A stretch of DNA of 64,000 nucleotides from Stegostoma tigrinum (lineage: Eukaryota). This document shows positions 1 through 9,587 of this stretch, piece after piece (the stretch's first letter is position 1; each line of letters starts with the position of its first letter). A model generated the notes under the pieces. That model did no database searches and was not told where the DNA came from. It saw only the letters and a list, made by a program, of their open reading frames with translations. The DNA lies in the NCBI RefSeq assembly GCF_030684315.1, contig NC_081391.1:13059342-13123341 (forward strand), given 5' to 3'. The translations under genes were made by a program, and so were the position numbers.

Positions 1-944
1 TGGGGACTGTGTATTGTCCATCCTCCCTGATCTTCCACACTTCCATCAGATAACCATCCCAGGCTATCCAACCTCCCTCTCATCATTGTATTTTTGTTGT
101 TTTTTTTGCTTCCATCTTGGGCCAACATCCTGATGACCCTCACCTGTACCCCCTGCAGTGCCACCTTGTCCCTCTGATGGTGGTTCTGGTCACCACACTA
201 CATTCCATCTTTGGTCTGGCCAATGCTGCCATGTTTGTGGCAAGACTCATCCTTTCTACTGAGCCCCAAATCATGGAGACCAGCATCATGTCAGCCCCTT
301 CCCCACTCTGTCTACCTTTGCTGAACCTTGAGGGATGGTCTTGGGCATTTGTTGCTTGTCCCTTTTACTGTAAGCACATTGCTCCCTTCAATGAATTAAA
401 TAGTAGTGATGTCTGATCATCCTGCTCAGACATGTATGAAGCCACCAGCACAGGTGAGACATAGATGCCTGGCCTGCAAGGTGCAGATTGGTACTCTACC
501 TCAAGAACCCTTGAGACTAAGGTGTCAATGTCCTGATCTAAACTCCAAATGGGCACTGGTGCAAACAGTTTAACTTTGTGTGAAATAAATCCCTATCCCC
601 ACAATGACTTCATGCTTCAGATCAAGGATAAATGGAGCAAAGTGAAGTCACTTCACAAGTAATGAATGTGGGTTTTAGGGGTGGCACAGTTGCTCAGTGC
701 CAGGGACACAGGTTTAGCTCTGGCCTCTGATGACTGGTGCTTACATGTTCAGGTTTCTTCCTACAGTCCAAATACGGGCTGGCTGGGTGAAGTAGCCATG
801 GGGGAATTGCAGTGCGAATGGCTCAGGTAAATCTGAGATCTTCTTCAGAAGGTTGATTGCAGACTCAATGGGCTGAATGGCCTGCCCCCATGCTGCGGCG
901 AGTCTCTGATTCTGAAGCTTAACTGTTCCTGTTTCCATCCTCAG

Positions 945-1658
945 AAGCCTGAGAGGGATGAGTGGGGTAACAGTCTGCAGGCAATGCAGGTTGCCCTGGA
1001 TGTGGAGAAGAATGTGAACCAGAGTTTGCTGGATCTACACCAACTCGCCACAGCCCAGACTGACCCTCATGCAAGCTTCACCTCTTCATTCTCATCACTG
1101 CCATGCCTCCTCAACTTCATTGGTTGGTCTTTGTGGAGTGGAAATTCGCAGACGTAACTTTGTCCAGATGCTACATTGTACCTTTGTCATCATAATTATG
1201 ATGACAATGTTCAACTGCTCAACACCGAACTGAAATAGGAATTTGGATTACAGTCCAGTGGGAATGCTGATGTGATTTTTGGCTGCTGAATTGGGGATTG
1301 TTGCACTATACAATACAACTTGGAGCTCTTTAAGAAGGTGAGATGGAGCAGCTGAAATGTCCTCACTGGCACAAATTCTCCACCTGTTAGCTAGATTTTC
1401 AGGGATGTCTAGAACTAGCTATGGCTCAGTCTTTTTCAGGAGGAATTGTGAAGTTGTCTTGGATAGTATAAATGTACCAAGTGTCATATTCCTCTGTTGC
1501 AGCTGTGTGACTTCCTGGAGACTCACTATTTGGATGAGGAGGTGGAGATCATCAAGCAACTCGGGGACTACATCACCAACCTGAAGCGCCTGGGAGCCCC
1601 TGAGAATGGGATGGGAGAGTACCTGTTTGACAGGCTCTCCCTGGAGGACAGCAGTTAG
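945..1658 (+). CDS. Ferritin subunit, copy A (partial: exons 3-4 only; 5' part lies outside the window)
   Basis: Exon 3 945-1070 ([42 protein letters not shown]) and exon 4 1503-1658 ([51 protein letters not shown]). AG acceptors; intron 3 donor is GC (GCAAGC at 1071); AATAAA at 1786-1791. Confidence 0.9.
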
Positions 1659-3389
1659 TGTGGCCTGGAGTACTGTCTGCTTGTTCTGAATGCATTCCCC
1701 ACTTCACCCTGGGCAACCCGTCTCATTCCAGGGAGAAGGGGCTTGTAGCAAAGAATGTAATGGCTGTACCAGCTGAATGCAAATGAATAAAATCATGTAT
1801 TGATCTTGCTTATTGTCCATCATTCAGAGCACTGGATATTTTGGGAGATATCTTATTGAGCTTGAAGGCAGTTCTCTTTCTGTAATTTGGCTGACCCAAT
1901 TACTAATTGGACATGAAAACAACCTTTCAATGGATGTATTTACTAACTCTCGATCATTGCACAGTAACTAGATGGACTTCCTTTTTCTCATGACACAGGA
2001 GACTCAAGACTTTCCCCTCTGAGTAGGATGAGGTTGGTGTTTCCCCAATTGTGGGGTGGAAAATCTTCCAGAGGTCAATTAGTACACTTCTGGATACTCT
2101 AGGTTCAATTGTCGATCAGAACTTGTCTTCCTTTTTGAGACAGGATGTTCCCGTACCTTCTCGAAGGGATAAACCAGACGCCCATTCCATAGGATGTGGG
2201 ATATCTACGTTCAATGCCAGGTTTCCCTTCCTACAGCCTCCCCTCAGTCACCACGAGCAATGAGATTTGTCACTCGGACGATAATCTAATGGGAAGACAA
2301 GTCTGTGATTTGGAGGCTGGATCAGTTGACAAAATGCTGGCGGGAGTAGATATATCAAGTTCTGCTCTAAATCCAGTTGCAGGAACCAGCTAAGTTAGGA
2401 AAGACACAGGCTTGACTCATCTGGTGTAACCTCCCCAGTGAGGCCCTACCATGACCAGTATTTTCTATTCTCAGCATTGTTGTTTTTGGTCTCCTGTGGA
2501 TGTAGCCTAGGGATCTTGGAGCCGGTTATGGATCAAAGCAGGACCAGCACTGGAGGCCTGTGACCTTCTGTTTCTCCCCATCTCTTGTTCCAGCCAACTG
2601 CAGTTGCACCCCCTACCCGGTTAAATCCCTCTTGACATTTCTGAGGGAGGGTGGCTGGACTCACTGTGGGTTGGCTTTTTCATTCCACCATCTGAGTAAC
2701 ATAGACCGCTCCATCTTTGCTCAAGAAGGAGTCAGTTCACACTGGGGCTGAGCTTTTCCCAAGAGCAATCCAAAATTGTCTTTACTGTGGCATCCTCCCC
2801 TTCTTCCTCCTCCTTTCTCCACCACACCCCCCCTTCTCTCCCAGCATTCACTCCAACAAGCTGCCCAGCCCAGATCTGGGAAAATTCAGCCCAACCGTTC
2901 ACAGAAGCCACTTACCAAGAGGTCAGCTGGAATTCCCCTGATCTGTATGGGATTACAATGTCTGCTCTCGATGCTAACAACAGGAAGTTGTAGTTTTTGC
3001 TGCAGAATCCCTCAATGTGGGCAGATGTCATTCAGCTAATTAAATTTGTAATGACCTACTGAGCAACCTCCTGCTCAGGGACACCCTATTCCCTTAATCC
3101 CACATTTCCCATGGCTAATCTAACAAATCCGAATGCCCCTTGTCACTGTCAGCAATTATCTTTGACAATCGACCTAATCTGCAGCCCATTGGACGAGGGG
3201 AAGCAGTCGGAGCAGATGGTGGAAATCCATGCAGACACAGGGAGAATGTGCAAACTCCACTCATGTTGCCAAAGGCTCGAATTGAACCAGAGTCCCTGTG
3301 GCTGTGACGTATCAGTGTTAACCACTGAGCCCCCATCACGTCCAAAAGTACCAAACAAAAGGGGGAGGCAGTTGCACAGTCATCAAGTC

Positions 3390-3674
3390 GTACATCATGG
3401 AAATAGACTCTTCTGCCCACACAGTCCTTACAGACCAGGTTTCCAAAACTCTGTAGTGCCATTTGGCCCATCTTCCTCTTAGCCATTCCTTCCCACATAA
3501 GTGTCCAAATGTCTTATCAAAGTGGTAATTATACGCACCTCTCCCGCTTCTTCTGGCAGCTCGTTCCATACACACACACACCACCCTCTGTGTGAAAACA
3601 TGGTCCCTCCCGTCCCTTTTAAATTTTTGCCCCTCTCCCCTCAAACCGATGCCCTCCAGTTTTGGACCCCCCTA
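3390..3674 (-). mobile_element. Ancestral CR1 3'-end remnant abutting the conserved element (paralogues ~11390-11680, 19550-19873, 28715-29018, 37490-37733, 47930-48234, 57380-57663)
   Basis: Minus-strand translations such as FTQRVV and KTRGY.F..RG.RFK...FTHSVVRVWNEL are CR1 ORF2 C-terminal motifs. Confidence 0.7.
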
Positions 3675-3852
3675 CCCTGTCCCAGCATGCTTTTTATATA
3701 CAGTCAATCTCGAGTGTGCCAATGGCAAGGCTACATTGAGTGCTCAGCAACTGTTACACTTCAGGAGGTGGTGATGAGCTGCTTATTACAGTCCACCTGG
3801 TGTAGCAGAGACCGGAATGATGCTGCTGCTGCTGCTGAGGAGGGGCTTCTGG
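3675..3852. other. Conserved ~180-bp non-coding element upstream of copy B (function unknown)
   Basis: CCCTGTCCCAGCATGC...GTGCTCAGCAACTGTTACACTTCAGGAGGTGGTGATGAGCTGCTTATTACAGTCCACCTGGTG...(GCT)n-GAGGAGGGGCTTCTGGG; present once per unit and visibly more conserved than its flanks. Confidence 0.75.
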
Positions 3853-4663
3853 GATGTTCATTCTCAAATAGGGATATTGTTCCAGGCCAGGATGGAGACA
3901 GATTTACATGGAGCTGCTTGAGTGTTGCTGGGCCTGCACTGAGCCATAATTGTGAACAATCCCAGCACTATTAATTAATACTTACAAACTCTGGTCTTAA
4001 AGATCGCAGACAGGTTTTGGACAGTCAGGAGGAGTTGAGAAGTTCACAGCAGAATTCCCAGCCTATGACTTCCCAGTTTCTGAGCTGTTCGTTCTACAGA
4101 ATGTAATGTAAATAGCTGCAGAAACTCTCTGCTTCAAAACATGCTGGAGTTAAGTACCAGTTGTCCTTGAAATTGTTAAGAACTGAATACAGAGATAAAA
4201 ATGTTGAACTGCAATATATTTCCAACAGCTGACAACTGGGCCATTTAAATATAGAGGCCTGAGGCCTACTGTGTGCCTGAGGCACTCAGAATATTTCAAG
4301 TTTTAATTTTCGAACTAGGCTTTCTGAGATCTAACGTCAATGACAATCTGGCAGATTCAAAATGGATCCTTAAAGGACATCAGTTTCCTGTATTAAATGG
4401 TCCGGAAGCACAGGAATTCTGTTGCTGCACAGCGATAGGAAAATGTTTACTGTCAACAAAATCTGGCCATTTCTCACTGGGCTCCAACACCGTCGTTCAA
4501 AAGGTACAAAGAGGAATCCCTCAGAGTAACAAACTGACAGAATTCAGCAAATCTGTGATGAGCGTGTCTTAACACATAAACGCAGATACAAAAGTGAAGT
4601 TCTCGAGTCTATTTTATTCTCATTTTCAGGTTGAAAAACTTATACAATTTGTTCTTGCACAGG

Positions 4664-4850
4664 AGGTCAAAGGTCATTCAGCAATTCCATCATCCACCAG
4701 TTGTCAATTCTGATCGGTTTCTGGATCCAATTCCCATCCTGCACTGATTGGACGTGGCAACTGATCAATTGATTAACAAGAGTGATTGGCCATCACTGAT
4801 GATGTCATTTCCTGCTCAAAAAATGAGGGTCTTCTCCTGGAGTATAAATA
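4664..4850 (+). promoter_or_regulatory. Promoter of copy B
   Basis: DR1 AGGTCAAAGGTCA 4664-4676, ATTGG at 4747 and 4785, ACGTG, CAGTTG/CAACTG, TGATGTCA, TATAAAT 4843-4849 about 100 nt before the ATG; block conserved in all seven complete units. Confidence 0.8.
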
Positions 4851-4945
4851 GACCCCAATGGAATTGCTATTTTAGGTGTAGCTGATTTTCTTTCTATATT
4901 TATAATTTGGTTTTGTTGGATAAGGAAAGCTGTTTCTATCACAAA

Positions 4946-7900
4946 ATGGCCTCCCAGATCAGTCAGAACTATCACCAGGATTGTGAAGCTGCTGTCAACA
5001 AGCAGATTAATGTGGAGCTCACTGCCTCCTATCTCTATCAGTCTTTGGTGAGTGCTGTCCCTGTGGGGTTGGAGTTACTTCTGTTATGAAGTGAACTGTT
5101 TTTTTTTAACAAACTAGATTAACACTCTTGTAGACTTGTTTGTTTTTTTTTGTATCTCTCTTAGCTATTCCTTGATTCAGGGTAAATGTGGTGACAATGG
5201 GATATGATACTGATATGCAGCAACTGAGGCCCCAGTTGTCTCAATGATATGTGGAGGGTGAAGCATCTTGTGATTTATCTTACAATTCCTTTTTAGGGCT
5301 GTGATTGCCTATAACTGGCTGTGGCTCTCCATAATTTTCTAAACTGCTGTCAAGTTTCAATGATCAGTGATAACCATTGGCTAACTACCTCTTTAAATCT
5401 GCCTTGATGCATCTGTTTTAATTTTGTGCATGTAAATAAACAAACATACTGATTTTGGGTATTTACAATAAGGTGTTGTAGTAATTTGACAAATCAGATT
5501 TTTTTAAGCTGAACTGAAGTCCTTGAGGTAAGACAAGCTGCTCCCTGCTTAAGTAGGTCTCCTATGTTTTGGCTTTCTGTACCCTATCATGAGGTGGGTT
5601 TGATCCATCACTTCACAACCTGTAGAAAGTTGACTTGTTATAGGTGCCTGCCCCCTGCCCCCCCTGAACCCAACCCCCAAAGGGGGCTGCTAGAACATGC
5701 TGAGGCTATTGACCCAGAAATGAATGTTATTCCTTTACCTTTTATCCAGAAAAAACAAACTGGCTCCTCCCACCAGGTGGTGGTGCCCCTGTGCCCTTCC
5801 AAGGGGTAGAATGTGTTCAGAAGGTGTTGAGGTCCCCTTGGTGAGTGCTGCAGGGGACCTGGTAGATAATGGACCCTGAAAGGAGGTGGTGAATGCAGTC
5901 CCCATGAAGTGGGCAGCTCTGTCCTGGATGGTGTCTACTTCTTGCATGTTGTAGCTCCCGTTCTCCAGACACATGGAGAATATTCATCTCTCTCTGGGCT
6001 TGTGCCTGTTGCAAGGAAGTCCTCTCTGGGGACATGAGGATCAAGTCCCTATAACTACCTTTTTTGGGAGGAGGGAATAGCTTTAAATAGTGAACCAATT
6101 GTTGGGTTTTAGTCACTGACCACTGTCTCAACTCAATAGGGAATCTTGTGTGATGATGATAAAATCCCCACTATTCTTCACCTTCTACAACTTAACTACC
6201 CAATTAAACCACTTTTTTAAACTTTTTGTTTGTATTTGAGGATTAAACTAACTTCTCACCAGGATTCTACCAAAGAACAACTTCTTCTTTTGATGTCAAT
6301 AGACTGTTCCTAATCAGCAGTAACTTGTTGGATTGTGAATCTCAGTTGAAAAGTGAGTGAAATGAGTGGGGAAAACAATAGTTTAGCCTCTTGGAATAAG
6401 CTAAATGGAGCTCTCAAGCTTTGAACAAGTCAATCTATAGGTCACACAGTCCTGCAGATACCATTAGGTCTCCTGAACATTTGATCTTGTTTCAGTTGTG
6501 AATTTTAATGCTTTGCTTTGCAAGCTTCTGGCAACCTGAGTGCATGGCATAAACAAATGTGATAAACTATTGCTGCAACAAGCCAAAGGCTGTCACTGGG
6601 CAGGCTCTCCTTTAGCCCCAAGATTCTCCTAATCGCCCTCATTCTCCTGCATACTGCAAACACCATCTCTTGTAGAGCTGCTTTATGTAAAACAAAAATA
6701 CAGTACATCTGATCCAATTGGGTGCAGAGGACCTGTACCTACTAGCTACATTATATTCATGTCCAGCATCTGCATGCTACTCCAGCACCAGGGGAGACAT
6801 GTAATGACTTGAAGTTGCCTGACCCTGTGCACATCCTGCATTCCAGCTCCTGGCACTTGTTTAAACCCTATTCAGTTACCACTTCCATCCAATTCTGGAG
6901 GCTAGATGGTAGAAAGGTGAATTCAGCTCTTCTATCTAGGCTGTGCCAGACCCACGCCCCCAAACAATTCAGCAGGGTTTACAAACCAAAACACTGAATT
7001 TGCATCTTACATGGAAGAAGCTAGGGTTGTTTGGTTTCCTCCAATTAAAGGAGCTGCTGGCTAACTTTGCAACACCATTAGTGAACATTGTAAGGTGTCA
7101 ACAATTTTCAGCTGATTGAATCATTAGTTTGCTTTAGACTAAACCAGTCCTCCAGTTCTGAGCATGAGAAATGGGGTCAATGATGTGTTTAATGGGCTTT
7201 AACTTTTGTTCTCCCTTCCAGATGTCCTACTATGACCGGGATGATGTGGCCCTCGCCCATGTCTCCCGGTTCTTCAAAGATCAGTCCCAGGAGAAGCAGG
7301 AACATGCAGAGAAGCTGCTGAAATTCCAGAATCAGCGTGGAGGCAGAGTCCTCCTCCAGGAAGTGAAGGTTGGAGTTGGGGAGGGGGGGTGCTGGTGTGG
7401 TGTGCAGGAATGGCAGCTCATGGTGTTTTCTGTTAATAGTGACAAGATTTTCATGTGGTAAAGGATGTGAAGGTTGGAGTTGGAGAAGGCAGGCAGTGGG
7501 GAGGAGATGTGAGAAATGGCTGCTTATGGTGTGGTTTCATGTCCTGAAAGAAAGTGAAAACTGTTTTGTTTGGCTCCCCTCCTTTTGACTAAAAGGAAAG
7601 AAATCTGAGAAACAAGCCTCTTGGCTCCCCTCCACCTGCTGCTTCCCCACCCCATGCTGACCTGATAAACACCAAACCACATTAATCCCATTTACTGCAC
7701 TTGGTCTACAGCCCCCATGGCATTGGTAGTTGTCTAGAAGCTGCTTAAATATTGCAGCAGTAGATGGCTCCCCCACTGCCCCACCCCCCCATATTATTTT
7801 TCCACTGGCCTCTTGGCAAAGGATTCCTCTAACCTGCTGACTCCTCACATCAGTGCCCTCTGGTCTTAATGTCTCTTTCTCCCCACCCCCTCATAGCAGA

Positions 7901-9587
7901 CACTCCCCATCTACTATCAAGACTCCACACTAATCAAATGCCATCACATAAACATCTCAACTGACTTCACTCTGGGGATTGGAGTGAGAGATCTAATCTC
8001 TCCTTTTAATGGATTTTTCAGCCTTGGGGCAACGTCCTGGTGACCCTTCCAGTGCCATTGTGGCTCCGGTCACCACACAGTATTCCACCTTTGCATGGCC
8101 AATGCTGCAAAGTTTGTGACAAGACTGGAGTCCCTGTACTGTGCCCCAAGAAATGGGGAAGGGCATTGTGGAAGCCAACTTCCCCATCCTGTCTACACTT
8201 ATGGATCCTTGAAATATCTCTAGTCTTGTTCTCTTGGTTCCTTTATTGTCAACATATTGCTGTCACTTCAATGAATTAAATAGTAGTGATGCTTTTGATC
8301 ATTCAGGTCAGTCCGAGATGAAGCCATAAGCACAAGTGGGACTTCAACCTGGGCCTATGCTCCAAACCTAGGGACAGTACCACTGCTTAACGAGCCCTGG
8401 GATTAAGTTGTGAATATCCTCCTTGGGATGCCATCAGATGGGCACTGACAATTCTGTGCAAACATAACTCTTATCCCCACTATGACCTGGTCGTGAATTG
8501 AGTCTCCTTTCGGAAGAAGCAATAAGGGCTAGGTGAAAGCAATTGTTACATAACTGATCTGTTCTTCCTAAGGACTTCAGGGATGGCAGTAGTTAGCACA
8601 ACTGCATCAGTGCTTGGGGCACAAGCTTAATTCTGGAGTTGACATGTTCACCACATCTCTACATAGGCTTCCTCCCACAGTCCAAAGATGTGCAGGGTAG
8701 GATAGGGCATGAAAAATGCAGGATTACATGGCTGGGGCTAGGACCAGGTTGGATGCTCTTCAGATGGTCATGAGTGGGCAGAATGGCCTGATGCATGCTG
8801 CAGGGATTTTGTTTGAGGCTTACCTGTCCTTCTTTGCATCCTCAGAAGCCAGAGAGGGATGAGTGGGGTAACAGTCTGCAGGCAATGCGGGTTGCCCTGG
8901 ATCTGGAGAAGAATGTGAACCAGAGTTTGCTGGATCTACACCAACTCTCCACAGCCCAGACTGACCCTCATGTAAGCTTCACCACTTCATTCTCATCACT
9001 GCGAGACCCTCAGGGTAACACTTCATTGGTTGGTCTGTGTGGATTGGAAATTCACAGGTGTGCACTGATCACTTTGGGTCCATGCTGCTGAGCAGTTGTT
9101 ACATGGTGATCAGTAATGAAGTGAAATGGGAGTTTGGAAGGCAATCCATTGGGAGTGATGAAGTGATATTGGCCATTGAATTCCCATTCTCACTTGGGAG
9201 CCTTACAGTGGAATGATCATTGTCCATCACCATCCAACTCAGCTCCACTTCACAAACAGCAAGATGGAGCAGCTGAAATCCTATTGTCCTCACTGGCACA
9301 GATTTTCCAGGTGTTAGCTAAATTTTCAGGGCTGTATGGAACTAGTATGGTAAAGCCTGTTTTTCAGTGGGAATTCTGAAATTGTCTTGGATAGTGTTAA
9401 TGCACTCAGTTGTCATATTCCTCTGTTGCAGCTGTGTGACTTCCTGGAGAATCACTATTTGGATGAGGAGGTGGAGATCATCAAGCAACTCGGGGACTAC
9501 ATCACCAACCTGAAGCGCCTGGGAGCCCCTGAGAATGGGATGGGAGAGTACCTGTTTGACAGGCTCTCCCTGGAGGACAGCAGTTAG
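4946..9587 (+). CDS. Ferritin subunit (L-like/hybrid), copy B, 176 aa, 4 exons
   Basis: Exons 4946-5047, 7222-7368, 8846-8971, 9432-9587, all phase-0 GT-AG introns at the canonical vertebrate ferritin positions. [29 protein letters not shown]...DRDDVAL...QNQRGGR...EYLFD; AATAAA at 9717-9722. Confidence 0.95.
5780..6060 (-). mobile_element. Degenerate LINE remnant in intron 1 (paralogues ~14570-14710, 23330-23610, 32180-32470, 40700-40840, 51940-52230, 59770-60050)
   Basis: Minus-strand [13 protein letters not shown] resembles the LINE ORF2 C-terminal LD.IQ.KA.RLIG motif. Confidence 0.55.

Noticed and set aside
3690-3701. Minus-strand TATATAAAAAG in the conserved element as a divergent promoter
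   Set aside because: Intact in only 3 of 7 copies and points into a decayed CR1 3' end.
3771-3838. Calling the element a C/D-box snoRNA
   Set aside because: Box-like motifs are present, but there is no convincing terminal stem, recognisable guide or host intron, and the D-like CTGA is simply the end of a (GCT)n tract. Kept only as a hypothesis.
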